Source: an uncultured Chloroflexia bacterium
Lineage (GTDB): Bacteria; Chloroflexota; Limnocylindria; Limnocylindrales; CSP1-4
Direction of reading: 5' to 3'
Length of the DNA stretch: 64,000 bases
Assembly: GCA_963833225.1 (NCBI GenBank)
Contig: CAWHXD010000019.1
Location: 224,001 to 288,000, forward strand
How positions within the stretch are numbered: position 1 is the first letter of the stretch; every line of letters begins with the position of its first letter. The notes beneath the pieces were generated by a model, which worked only from the letters and a program-made list of their open reading frames with translations, searched no databases and was not told where the DNA came from. A program made the translations under genes and the position numbers. Of this stretch, positions 49,908 to 62,224 are shown one piece after another.

Positions 49908-52583
49908 TTGACCGAGCCGGGCCGGGGGTCGACCCAGTTCCGTGCGCGCGCACCCGCCGAGGGCCGCCTCGCCACGGGCGCGCTCGGGGCGCCCCTGCGC
50001 ATGATCATCCGCATGCCGGCCTGGCTGAGGCTGTGGTCCTTCAACGGGCTCCTGGCCGGTCTCGCCGCTCTCCTGTTCTTCGGGTTCCTGGTGGGCCAGG
50101 ATGCCTTCGGCTCGCCCGTGCACGTCCCCTGGTATGTCATGGCGGTGGCGTTCTTTGCCGCGGAGCTCAAGGTCGTCGACGTCCACTTCCGGCGCGAGAA
50201 GCACTCGTTCACGCTGAGCGAGGTTCCCGCGGTCGTCGGGTTCTTCGTCCTGACCCCCTCGGAGTACCTCCTCGCGATGCTGGTCGGGACCAGCTTCGCG
50301 CTCCTCCTCGACCGGCAGTCGCCGCCCAAGTTCGTCTTCAACCTCTCGGCGTACGCGGCGAGCGCGACGGTCGGGCTCACGGTGTTCCGCATCGTGGCAA
50401 CCCCGGGCGGTGCTCCCGATCCGTTCGACTGGGTCGCCGCGTTCGCGGCCACGTCGGCGGCCACGATCGTCATCTCCGGCTCCATCGCGACGGCCATCAC
50501 CGTGTCGGACGGTGCGCCGCAGTTCCAGAAGCTTCCGGAGATGATCCAGTTCGGGCTCCTGGTGGCCATCGCCAACACCAGCCTCGCCCTGCTGGCGGCC
50601 GCCTTCCTGTGGAGCGACCCGCGGCTGCTGTCGCTCCTGGTCGTGCCGCTGGTGGTCGTCTTCCTCGCCTACCGCGCATACGCCTCCGAGCGCGAGAAGC
50701 ACGAGCGGCTGGAGCTCCTCTACCAGTCCAGCCGGATCCTCCAGCACTCGCCCGAGCTGGACTCGGCCCTCGCCGCCCTCCTGGAGAACGCCCGCGAGAT
50801 GTTCCGGGCCGAGCGGGCCGAGATCGTGCTGTGGCCCCGTGATGGCGGCGAGGAGGGCCTGCTGACGGTGGCCCGCCATGACGCGCCACCGGAGGTGATG
50901 CAGCCGGTGATCATGTCCGCGATCGATCCCCTCCACCGGCGCATCGGCCTCGAGCGCCGGGCCTTCCTCCACGTCTCGGCGACCAGGGACCTCGATCCGA
51001 TCCGGCATGCGATGGCGGTCCCGCTGTTCGGCGAGTCGGGCCTGATCGGGTCGATCGTGATCGCCAACCGGCTCACCGAGGCCACGACCTTTGGCATCGC
51101 CGACCTCCGGCTGCTCGAGACGCTGGCCAACCAGTCCGCGGTCGCCCTCGAGAACGGCCAGCTGGAGCAGTCGCTCAGCGAGCTGTCGCGACTCAAAGAG
51201 GAGCTTCGATACCAGGCGTACCACGACTCGCTCACGGGTCTTGCCAACCGGAGCCTGTTCGTCGGCCGGGTTGACCAGGCCCTCACGGGGGCACGCCCCG
51301 GCGAGATGCCGGCGGTGCTGTTCCTCGACCTCGACAACTTCAAGGATGTGAATGACACCCTCGGCCACGCCGCCGGCGACCAGCTCCTCGTGGCCGTGGC
51401 CGAGCGAGTGCGGTCCTGCGTCCGGGCGAGCGACGTTCCGGCGCGGCTCGGCGGCGACGAATTCGCCGTCCTCGTGGATGACGCTCCGGGCCTCGCGCGC
51501 AGCCAGGCGGTGGCCAGGCGCCTGATCGAGTCGCTGGCGACCACCTTCCCCGTCGAGGGCCACGACCTGAAGATCTCGGCCAGCATCGGCATCGCCGCCG
51601 GCCAGGGCGCAGCGCAGGGGCCGGACGACCTGCTCCGCAACGCCGACGTGGCGATGTACACCGCCAAGCAGGCCGGCAAGAACCGGTTCGCGGTGTTCGA
51701 GCCCACCATGCATGCCGCGATCGTGGCCCGTCATGCGCTGTCGAGCGAGCTCTCGCGCGGAATCTCGGACGGCGAGATCGTCGTCTACTTCCAGCCCGTG
51801 ATCACCCTTGCGACGGGCACCACCTACGGCGCCGAGGCCCTCGCGCGCTGGCGGCATCCGGTCCGGGGCATCGTGGAGCCGGACGACTTCATCCCGCTCG
51901 CGGAGGAGAGTGGCGCGATCATCCCGCTCGGAAGGGCTGTCCTGTTCGAGGCCTGCCGCCAGGCGGCGGTCTGGCGAGCGGGAACCGGCGGCCCGCTGAT
52001 CCTGAGCGTCAACCTGTCCGCGGCCCAGCTGGGCCGCGAGGACTTCGTCGACGACCTCAAGGACATCCTCCGCGCGACCGGGCTGTCGGCCAACCGCCTG
52101 GTGCTGGAGATGACCGAGACCGTCATGTTCCATGACACGCAGACCACGATCGCTCGCCTCACCGCCCTCCGGGAGCTGGGGGTGCGGGTCGCGATCGACG
52201 ACTTCGGGACGGGCTACTCGTCGCTTGGCTACCTGCGCCGCTTCCCGGTCGACATCCTCAAGATCGCGAAGGAGTTCATCGTCGGGGCAGGCGGTGGTCC
52301 CGATGGGTGGGCATTCGCGCACTCCATCGTCGCGCTTGGCCGGACGCTCGGGCTTCAGATCATCGCCGAGGGGATCGAAGAGGAGGCCCAGCTGGAGCAG
52401 CTGCGTGAGCTGGGCTGCGAGCTTGGGCAGGGGTTCCTGTTCGCTCGCCCGATGCCCGGCGACGATGTCGCCCGGATCTTCGCCGGCGCGCCGTCGTCGG
52501 GTGGGGACCCGGACAAGGCCGCTTGGGTTGCCGGGTGTCCTTCGACGACAACCGCGCTGGACGTCTCGATAGTCGCGAGGTGA
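49908..52583 (+). CDS. Membrane sensor (multi-TM, MASE-like)-GAF-GGDEF-EAL diguanylate cyclase/phosphodiesterase
   Basis: AAGGAG then TTG 49908 (or ATG 50001); about 7 TM segments; [15 protein letters not shown]-site, [29 protein letters not shown]. Confidence 0.93.
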   Translation: MTEPGRGSTQFRARAPAEGRLATGALGAPLRMIIRMPAWLRLWSFNGLLAGLAALLFFGFLVGQDAFGSPVHVPWYVMAVAFFAAELKVVDVHFRREKHSFTLSEVPAVVGFFVLTPSEYLLAMLVGTSFALLLDRQSPPKFVFNLSAYAASATVGLTVFRIVATPGGAPDPFDWVAAFAATSAATIVISGSIATAITVSDGAPQFQKLPEMIQFGLLVAIANTSLALLAAAFLWSDPRLLSLLVVPLVVVFLAYRAYASEREKHERLELLYQSSRILQHSPELDSALAALLENAREMFRAERAEIVLWPRDGGEEGLLTVARHDAPPEVMQPVIMSAIDPLHRRIGLERRAFLHVSATRDLDPIRHAMAVPLFGESGLIGSIVIANRLTEATTFGIADLRLLETLANQSAVALENGQLEQSLSELSRLKEELRYQAYHDSLTGLANRSLFVGRVDQALTGARPGEMPAVLFLDLDNFKDVNDTLGHAAGDQLLVAVAERVRSCVRASDVPARLGGDEFAVLVDDAPGLARSQAVARRLIESLATTFPVEGHDLKISASIGIAAGQGAAQGPDDLLRNADVAMYTAKQAGKNRFAVFEPTMHAAIVARHALSSELSRGISDGEIVVYFQPVITLATGTTYGAEALARWRHPVRGIVEPDDFIPLAEESGAIIPLGRAVLFEACRQAAVWRAGTGGPLILSVNLSAAQLGREDFVDDLKDILRATGLSANRLVLEMTETVMFHDTQTTIARLTALRELGVRVAIDDFGTGYSSLGYLRRFPVDILKIAKEFIVGAGGGPDGWAFAHSIVALGRTLGLQIIAEGIEEEAQLEQLRELGCELGQGFLFARPMPGDDVARIFAGAPSSGGDPDKAAWVAGCPSTTTALDVSIVAR

Positions 52584-52587
52584 CCGC

Positions 52588-53169
52588 ATGTTCATGATCT
52601 ACTCGGTGCTCATCGGGCTGGTCGCGGGGGCTGCCGTCGGAGGCCGGCTGAGCGGCCTCGCGACGCTCGAGTTCCGGTGGGCACCCGCGATCATCGCCGG
52701 CCTGCTCATCCAGGTCCTGCTGTTCAGCAACCCGATCGCCGAACGGATCGGCGACCTGGGGCCCGCGGTCTACGTCGGCTCGACGCTGCTGGTGCTCGCC
52801 GCCGTCGCCCGCAATGCCGGCATCCGCGGCATGCCGGTGGTGGTGGTCGGGGCCGCGAGCAACGTCGTCGCGATCCTGGCCAACGGGGGGTTCATGCCCG
52901 CGAGCCAGGGGGCACTCGCGGCCCTCGGCAAGTCGGCGCCCGTCATCTATTCGAACAGCTCCGTGGTCGAACAGCCCGCCCTGTGGCCGCTGACGGACAT
53001 CTTCGCGCTGCCGACCTGGGTGCCCGGAGCCAACATCTTCAGCGTCGGCGACGTCCTGATCGGGATCGGGATCGGGGCCACGATCGTCATGGCGATGCGG
53101 GGCGTGGCGGCCGCCCGGACCGGGGCCGACCCTGGTGAATCGCGAATGGCCGGTGCGCCCGGGCACTGA
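52588..53169 (+). CDS. DUF5317-like integral membrane protein (candidate aspartic peptidase)
   Basis: GGRLSGL, SNVVAILANGGFMP, LWPLTDIF, IFSVGDVLI recalled as typical of DUF5317; 4 nt after the DGC/PDE stop. Confidence 0.8.
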   Translation: MFMIYSVLIGLVAGAAVGGRLSGLATLEFRWAPAIIAGLLIQVLLFSNPIAERIGDLGPAVYVGSTLLVLAAVARNAGIRGMPVVVVGAASNVVAILANGGFMPASQGALAALGKSAPVIYSNSSVVEQPALWPLTDIFALPTWVPGANIFSVGDVLIGIGIGATIVMAMRGVAAARTGADPGESRMAGAPGH

Positions 53170-53204
53170 CCCGACCGGATACCGGGGATCACCCATCCGG
53201 GTGG

Positions 53205-53233
53205 TTGGGACGGCCGGCGGGTCGCCCTATGGT
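53205..53233 (+). promoter_or_regulatory. Possible sigma70 promoter of the riboswitch-peptide transcript
   Basis: TTGGGA-N17-TATGGT. Confidence 0.4.
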
Positions 53234-53271
53234 CGGCGCTGAGGCAAGCACCCTCCATCGAGGACTCCGTC

Positions 53272-53341
53272 CAGGGCAAACCCGTCGCGAGGCGGGGACG
53301 CAAAGCCAGGGATCTTCTTCGGAAGAACGCCCGGTTGCCGG
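53272..53341 (+). ncRNA. c-di-GMP-I (GEMM) riboswitch
   Basis: AGGGCAAAC-ccgtc-GCGA-ggcgg-GGACGCAAAGCC...GGTTGCCG matches the class I consensus (GGCAAAC, GNRA-capped P2, GACGCAAAGCC, GTTRCCG). Confidence 0.92.
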
Positions 53342-53379
53342 GGCCGAGGTGCGGACACCCTGCTACAGGGAGTGACACT

Positions 53380-53469
53380 GTGAAGGCGAACCTGGCGCGC
53401 TTCACCTGGGCCGTTGCGCTGCTGGCATCGATGGCCCTGGCCATCGGCGCAGGGATGCGGTGGTACTAG
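53380..53469 (+). CDS. 29-aa signal-peptide-like small protein MKANLARFTWAVALLASMALAIGAGMRWY
   Basis: SD AGGGAG 53367-72, GTG start, TAG stop; the only co-oriented ORF with an SD directly under the riboswitch. Confidence 0.8.
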   Translation: MKANLARFTWAVALLASMALAIGAGMRWY

Positions 53470-53707
53470 TCGCCATGGAGCCCATGCTCAAGGCGCAAGC
53501 CTTCCGCGTGCCCATGGTCGGAACCCCTCTCATCGCCACTCTCGCTCCGGAGGCGGGACAGCGCTGGTGATCACCGGTCGGGCTTCTGCCCGGCCATCGC
53601 GAGAGGCCGTCGGGGAACCGACGGTCTTCGCCGTTAACGAGCGGCCTCGTGCAGCCACTGCCGGGGTCTCGGCAGGCGCCCCCTATCGGACCGTTGCGGC
53701 CCCGTGG

Positions 53708-53736
53708 TTGCGCCCGTGAGATCGTGCGGGTATTCT
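53708..53736 (+). promoter_or_regulatory. Sigma70 promoter of the ilv-leu operon
   Basis: TTGCGC-N17-TATTCT. Confidence 0.6.
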
Positions 53737-53778
53737 TCGCGGACCCGTCACGGGACGGGATCAACGGAGTCGGGTCGC

Positions 53779-53997
53779 TTGGACTTCTTCCAGGGTCGCA
53801 GCCGCAGCCGCGTTGCCATCGTCGTGACGGCCGATGGTCGCCGCGTGAACGTGCCCCTGCGCGACCTCGAATCCCAGGACGTAACCCCCCTCGCGCTTCT
53901 TCGCTCGCTCCTTGCCGGCCTTGAGAGCCTTGTCGGCCTCCTCATTACCGGCTCCCGGCGGGAGAACGGAGGGACGCGGAGGAGCGGTCGCCACTGA
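53779..53997 (+). CDS. Putative ilv leader peptide (Leu/Val/Ile-rich); start uncertain (TTG 53779, or GTG 53824/53845)
   Basis: VAIVV and LALLRSLLAGLESLVGLLI with five CTT codons that are rare here; followed by a terminator. Confidence 0.65.
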   Translation: MDFFQGRSRSRVAIVVTADGRRVNVPLRDLESQDVTPLALLRSLLAGLESLVGLLITGSRRENGGTRRSGRH

Positions 53998-54022
53998 GGC
54001 CGCTACCACCGAGAACCAACGG

Positions 54023-54049
54023 GACCCTCGCCGGGCGGCGAGGGTCTTT
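54023..54049 (+). terminator. Attenuator terminator before ilvB
   Basis: gaccctcgcc-gggc-ggcgagggtc-TTT. Confidence 0.75.
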
Positions 54050-54096
54050 ACATGTCCGGCGGTCGCGGGGCCGCCGGAGAAGGGACCTGAGCGGAC

Positions 54097-55962
54097 ATGA
54101 CGATCACCAAGGGCGAGCCGCCGGCCACCGGGGCGACGGAGGCGCCGCCGCGTCGCAGTCACGTGCCGGGTGACGGGACGGCGGGTGCGGCGGCGGTCGA
54201 GGATGCGCGCCGGGCCATGCTCCACGAGGTCCGGGGTCGCAAGCGGACCCGGATCGGCGCGGACGCCCTTATGGAGGCACTCATCCTCCAGGGGACGGAC
54301 ACCCTGTTCAGCTACCCGGGCGGCGTCATCCTGCCGATCTACGATGTCCTGGTCGACTACCCGCAGATCCGGCACATCCTCGTCCGCCACGAGCAGGGCG
54401 GGGGGCACGCCGCCGATGGCTACGCCCGCGCAAGCGGCAAGGTCGGCGTGTGCATGGGGACGAGCGGTCCCGGGGCCACCAACCTCGTCACGGCGATCGG
54501 CACCGCCCAGCTGGACTCGGTTCCGATCGTGGCGCTCACCGGCAACGTGCCCGGCGCGCTGATCGGGAAGGACGCGTTCCAGGAGATCGACATCACCGGC
54601 ATCACCCTGCCGATGACCAAGCACAACTACCTGGTCCGGAACGCGGACGACATCCCGCGGGTCGTCGCCGAGGCCTTCTACCTCGCCCGGACCGGCCGGC
54701 CGGGCCCCGTCCACATCGACTTCACCAAGGACGCCCTGCAGCAGGAGACGCGCGCCGAGCACCCCTCCCTCGACGAGGTGATCGCCGGTCTGCCGGGCTT
54801 CCGCCCCACCTTCGAGGGTCACCCCAAGCAGCTCAAGACCGCGGCCCGGGAGATCGCCCAGGCCAAGCGGCCGCTGATCCTCGCCGGGCACGGTGTCCTC
54901 ATCGCCGAGGCTTGGGACGAGCTCAAGGCGTTTGCGGAGAAGGCCCAGATCCCCGTCGCCTGGACCCTGCTCGGCATCGGCTGCATCGACGAGGAGCACC
55001 CGCTGGCCTACGGCTACATGGGCATGCACGGCTGGAAGCACGTCAACCGCGCCATCCAGGCGGCCGACCTGCTGATCGCGATCGGGATGCGCTTTGACGA
55101 CCGGGTCACCGGCAGCGTCAAGACCTACGCCCCCTACGCGCGGATCATCCACGCGGACATCGATCCGGCCGAGATCGGCAAGAACGTCGCCGTCGAGGTC
55201 CCCATCGTGGGCGACGCGAAGAACGTCCTCGCAGGCCTCACTCGGCTGGTCCACGCGGTGGAGCCCGAGGAGCGTTCCGAGTACCTGGCCCAGCTCCGGG
55301 CCTGGCGCGAGGAATCCGAGGCCAGCTCCTGGCACGGCTCGGGCGGCTCCGACAGCGGCGTGCTCACGGCGGACTACGTGGTGGGCCGGATCGGGGACCT
55401 CACGGACCATGTCGGCACCTACGTGGCCGACGTCGGCCAGAACCAGATGTGGCTGGCGCGCTATACGCGGTTCCGGCGGCCACACAGCCACATCAGCTCG
55501 GGCGGCCTGGGCACCATGGGCTACGCCGTGCCGGCCGCGATGGGCGCCGCGCTGGGCAATCCCGCGGCCGAGACTTGGGCCGTGTGCGGTGACGGCGGCT
55601 TCCAGATGACGAGCCAGGAGCTGATGACGCTGGCCGCGGACCGCATCCCGGTCAAGATCGCGCTCCTCGACAACAAGAAGCTGGGCATGATCCGCCAGTG
55701 GCAGGAGATCTTCTACGCGGAGAACTACCACTCCTCGCACCTGCCGGGCCCGGACTTTGCCAAGCTGGCCGACGCCTACGGGATCCCCGCCTTCAAGGCA
55801 ACCCGGACCGACGAGGTGGACGATGCCATCAGGGCCGCACAGGCCGTGGACGGTCCGGCGCTCATCTGGTTCGAGATCGAGCAGGAGCAGAACGTGTACC
55901 CGATCATGCCGGCGGGCAAGGGCCTGTCCGACCTGATCGAGCATCGGGGGCCCGAGGAATGA
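54097..55962 (+). CDS. ilvB: Acetolactate synthase large subunit
   Basis: YPGG, RHEQ, TSGPGATN, FQE, GDGGFQM, GMIRQWQ. Confidence 0.96.
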   Translation: MTITKGEPPATGATEAPPRRSHVPGDGTAGAAAVEDARRAMLHEVRGRKRTRIGADALMEALILQGTDTLFSYPGGVILPIYDVLVDYPQIRHILVRHEQGGGHAADGYARASGKVGVCMGTSGPGATNLVTAIGTAQLDSVPIVALTGNVPGALIGKDAFQEIDITGITLPMTKHNYLVRNADDIPRVVAEAFYLARTGRPGPVHIDFTKDALQQETRAEHPSLDEVIAGLPGFRPTFEGHPKQLKTAAREIAQAKRPLILAGHGVLIAEAWDELKAFAEKAQIPVAWTLLGIGCIDEEHPLAYGYMGMHGWKHVNRAIQAADLLIAIGMRFDDRVTGSVKTYAPYARIIHADIDPAEIGKNVAVEVPIVGDAKNVLAGLTRLVHAVEPEERSEYLAQLRAWREESEASSWHGSGGSDSGVLTADYVVGRIGDLTDHVGTYVADVGQNQMWLARYTRFRRPHSHISSGGLGTMGYAVPAAMGAALGNPAAETWAVCGDGGFQMTSQELMTLAADRIPVKIALLDNKKLGMIRQWQEIFYAENYHSSHLPGPDFAKLADAYGIPAFKATRTDEVDDAIRAAQAVDGPALIWFEIEQEQNVYPIMPAGKGLSDLIEHRGPEE

Positions 55963-56558
55963 GCACCGACCCGGCCACCCACGACCACCCGGCCTATACC
56001 GGCGTGCAGGAGACTCCGCCACCGGATCGGGCCGTTCCCGGCTCCGGCGAAGCGGCGCGTCACGTGCTCGTCGTGCTGGTCATGGACCGCCCCGGCGTCC
56101 TCAATCGCGTCGCCAGCCTGATGCGGGCACGCAACTTCAACATCGACTCGCTCGCCGTGTCGCGCACCGACAAGCCGCACATCAGCCGGATGACGCTCAC
56201 GCTCCACGGTGACGCGGTCGCCGTGGAGCAGGCGACCAAGCAGCTCTACCGGCTGGTGGACGTGCTCAAGGTCCAGGACGTCACCCGCGACCAGCTCGTG
56301 GAGCACGAGCTGGCCTTGATCAAGGTCCGCGCCACGGACGCGAACCGGGGCGAGGTCATCAAGGTCGCCGAGATGCGCAAGGGCGCCATCGTCGACATCT
56401 CCACCGAGTCCGTGATCGTCGAGGCGCATGGCACCGAGTCGGAGATCGACGCCCTGGTGGCGCTGCTCCGCTCGTACGGAATCAAGGAACTGGTCCGCAC
56501 TGGGGCGACCGTCATGCTCCGAGGCGCGGGCTCCATCGAGGAGGCAATCCGACTGTGA
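55959..56558 (+). CDS. ilvN: Acetolactate synthase small subunit
   Basis: DRPGVLNRVASL..RNFNIDSL, KQLYRLVDV, ELVRTG. Confidence 0.95.
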   Translation: MSTDPATHDHPAYTGVQETPPPDRAVPGSGEAARHVLVVLVMDRPGVLNRVASLMRARNFNIDSLAVSRTDKPHISRMTLTLHGDAVAVEQATKQLYRLVDVLKVQDVTRDQLVEHELALIKVRATDANRGEVIKVAEMRKGAIVDISTESVIVEAHGTESEIDALVALLRSYGIKELVRTGATVMLRGAGSIEEAIRL

Positions 56559-56630
56559 ATCCTCCTGCCGAGGGCCCGCGGGAGCTTCACCTCGGCCGTC
56601 GGAGGACCCAGCGCCGAGTCAATCGTCTGA

Positions 56631-59340
<2,710 letters not shown>

Positions 59341-59344
<4 letters not shown>

Positions 59345-60477
59345 CGGAGGGCTCGGAGCCCGCGTTCCGCTACCGGGTCGCGCTGATCCCGGGAGACGGC
59401 GTGGGGCCCGAGGTCATCGACGCGACGGTCTCGGTCCTCGAGGCCGTCGGCGAGCGGTTCGGGTTCGGGTTCGCCTGGGACACGCTCGTGGTGGGCGGGG
59501 CCGGGATCGATGCGTACGGCATCGCCTGCCGGCCCGAGGACGTGGAAACGTGCCGCGAGGCCGACGCCGTGCTCCTGGGCGCGGTCGGCGGACCGAAGTG
59601 GGACAACCCGGACGCGACCGTGCGTCCGGAGCAGGCCCTGTTCGCCCTCCGCGGCGGACTCGAGCTGTTCGCCAACCTGCGCCCGATCACCGTCCACCAC
59701 CAGCTGATCGGCGCTTCGCCGCTCAAGCCGGAGCTGCTCGAGGGCGTGGACTGCCTGATCCTGCGCGAGCTCACCAGCGGCCTCTACTTCGGCAAGCCGT
59801 CCGAGCCGCGTGACACGGCAGATGGCCGGGCCGCCATCGACACGCTGTGGTACACGGAGGGCGAGATCCGGCGGATCGTCACCCTCGCCTTCGAGCTGGC
59901 GCGGACCCGCCGGCGCAAGGTGACCCAGGTCGACAAGGCAAACGTGCTGGCCACCAGCCGGCTGTGGCGCAAGGTGACCGACGAGGTCCACGCGGACTTC
60001 CCGGACGTCGAGCTGGAGCACCGGCTGGTGGACTCGGCCGCCATGACCCTTGCCCGCTGGCCGGCGGGCTTCGATGTCCTGGTGACCGAGAACCTGTTCG
60101 GCGACATCCTGTCCGACGAGGCGGCGGTGATCGCCGGCTCGCTCGGGATGCTGCCGTCGGCGTCGATCGGGACGCGGACCACCGCGCACGGCAGGCACGG
60201 CCTCTACGAGCCGATCCACGGCTCCGCGCCGGACATCGCGGGCCAGGACCTGGCCAACCCGTTGGGGACCATCCTGTCCGCCGCGATGATGTTGCGCTGG
60301 TCGCTGGGCCAGCCCGAGGCCGCCGTGGCGATCGAGACCGCGGTCGACGCGGCCCTGGACGCCGGCTACCGGACGAAGGACCTGCTGCCCGCCGCGGGCC
60401 ACCTCGACGCGACCGCGGTCACGCTCGTCGGAACGAAGGAGATGGCCAGGATCATCGGAGAGCGGATCGCGATTTGA
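59341..60477 (+). CDS. leuB: 3-isopropylmalate dehydrogenase
   Basis: PGDGVGPEV, GGPKW, NLFGDILSD, HGSAPDIAG. Confidence 0.96.
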
Positions 60478-60565
60478 CGGCCGGTGCCCGCCGGCAGGCG
60501 GCGGGTGACCGGCCACGGCCACGTCGACGATCCCTCCCCGACACGCAGACAGGACGCCTCGAGCC

Positions 60566-62224
60566 ATGACCGACAGCCCCGTCATCCTCTACGACACCAC
60601 CCTCCGCGACGGCACCCAGGGCGAGAACATCACCCTCTCGCTGGCCGACAAGCTTCGCGTCTCGCGCATGCTCGACGAGTACGGCTTCCCGTTCATCGAG
60701 GGCGGCTGGCCGGGATCCAACCCCAAGGACATCGAGTTCTTCGCGGCCGCCCGCAAGCTCACCTGGCAGACCGCGAAGCTGGCCGCCTTCGGGAGCACCC
60801 GCCACAAGGCCAACAAGCCCGGTGACGACCCCAACCTGCGCGAGCTGGTCGCGGCCGAGACCCCGGTGGTCACGATCTTTGGCAAGAGCTGGCTGCTCCA
60901 TGTGACCGAGGTGCTGGGCGCGACGCCGGCCCAGAACCTGGACATGATCGCGGACTCGATCGGCTACATCGCCGACGCCGGGCGCGAGGCCGTCTACGAC
61001 GCCGAGCACTTCTTCGACGGGTACAAGGGGGACCGCGACTACGCCCTCGCCACCCTTCGCGCGGCGCGGGACGCCGGCGCCCGGACCCTGGTCCTGTGCG
61101 ACACCAATGGCGGCACCCTGACCGATGAGCTGGTCAGGATCCTGGCCGACGTCCGGAGCTCGCTGGAGGCGGATACCGGCGCTGCGGGGGTCACCTGGGG
61201 CATCCACACCCACAACGACGCGGAGCTTGCGGTCGCGAACTCCATCGCGGCGGTGCAGGCCGGCGTCCGCCACGTGCAGGCGACGATCAACGGCTATGGC
61301 GAGCGCTGCGGCAACGCCAATATGGTCTCCATCCTGGCCAACCTCGCGCTCAAGACGGAGAACCTGCTGACGCCGCCCGGCGGTGGCGACCTCGCCGCGC
61401 TCACCGACCTTTCGCGTTCCGTGGCCGAGATCGCCAACGTCAACCCCGACGACTACCAGCCCTACGTCGGGCGCTCCGCGTTCGCCCACAAGGGCGGCGT
61501 CCATGGCGCCGCCGTGGCCAAGGTCGAGCGCAGCTACCAGCACGTGGAACCGACCGCCGTCGGCAATGCCGGCCGCCTGGTCGTGAGCGAGCTCGGCGGT
61601 CGCGCCAACACCTCCATCCGGGCGCGCCAGCTGGGCCACGAGCTCGAGGGCGTCATCGATGCACGCGAGCTGAGCAAGCTCATCAAGCGGCTCGAGAACG
61701 AGGGCCAGGCCTTCGAGGGCGCCGAGGCCTCCTTCGAGCTGCTCATCCGCCGCAACTCGCCCGGCTACCAGCCGCCGTTCCGGGTGGTGGACTACACCTG
61801 CCTCGTGGAGCAGCGGTCCGGCCACGAGCTTCTCGCGGAGGCCACCGTCAAGGTCGAGGTCGCCGGTGAGGTCCTGCACACGGCCGCCGACGGCAACGGT
61901 CCGGTCAACGCGCTCGACGGGGCCCTGCGCAAGGCGCTCGGTGCGTTCTACCCACAGCTGGACAGCGTCCACCTGGTCGACTACAAGGTACGCATCCTCG
62001 ATGGCGCGACCGCCACGGCGGCGCGAACACGCGTCATCATCGACTCGCAGGACGGCTCGCAGACCTGGAGCACGATGGGCAGCGACACCAACATCATCGC
62101 CGCATCCGCGCAGGCGCTCGCCGACTCCCTGGAGTTCGCGATCTGGAAGTCGGGCGCGTCCGTGGAGCGTCGTGGCGAGCGACATTTCACGACCGTGAAC
62201 GGGTCGTCGGGAGGTCCGCGATGA
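60566..62224 (+). CDS. cimA: Citramalate synthase
   Basis: DTTLRDGTQGE, GWPGSNPKD, DAEHFFDG, GERCGN, HKGGVH, EGAEASFEL. Confidence 0.93.
   Translation: MTDSPVILYDTTLRDGTQGENITLSLADKLRVSRMLDEYGFPFIEGGWPGSNPKDIEFFAAARKLTWQTAKLAAFGSTRHKANKPGDDPNLRELVAAETPVVTIFGKSWLLHVTEVLGATPAQNLDMIADSIGYIADAGREAVYDAEHFFDGYKGDRDYALATLRAARDAGARTLVLCDTNGGTLTDELVRILADVRSSLEADTGAAGVTWGIHTHNDAELAVANSIAAVQAGVRHVQATINGYGERCGNANMVSILANLALKTENLLTPPGGGDLAALTDLSRSVAEIANVNPDDYQPYVGRSAFAHKGGVHGAAVAKVERSYQHVEPTAVGNAGRLVVSELGGRANTSIRARQLGHELEGVIDARELSKLIKRLENEGQAFEGAEASFELLIRRNSPGYQPPFRVVDYTCLVEQRSGHELLAEATVKVEVAGEVLHTAADGNGPVNALDGALRKALGAFYPQLDSVHLVDYKVRILDGATATAARTRVIIDSQDGSQTWSTMGSDTNIIAASAQALADSLEFAIWKSGASVERRGERHFTTVNGSSGGPR

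Noticed and set aside
49695-52595. 966-aa antisense ORF and many other long overlapping ORFs in the track
   Set aside because: Shadow ORFs of high-GC coding strands; no recognisable motifs, Arg/Gly/Pro-rich
53380-53469. Classical RiPP (lanthipeptide/lasso) or AgrD thiolactone precursor
   Set aside because: No Cys-containing core, no double-glycine leader and no modifying enzymes nearby
53740-54096. T-box before ilvB, or c-di-GMP riboswitch control of ilvB
   Set aside because: No T-box consensus; ilvB has its own promoter, leader and terminator more than 350 bp past the riboswitch
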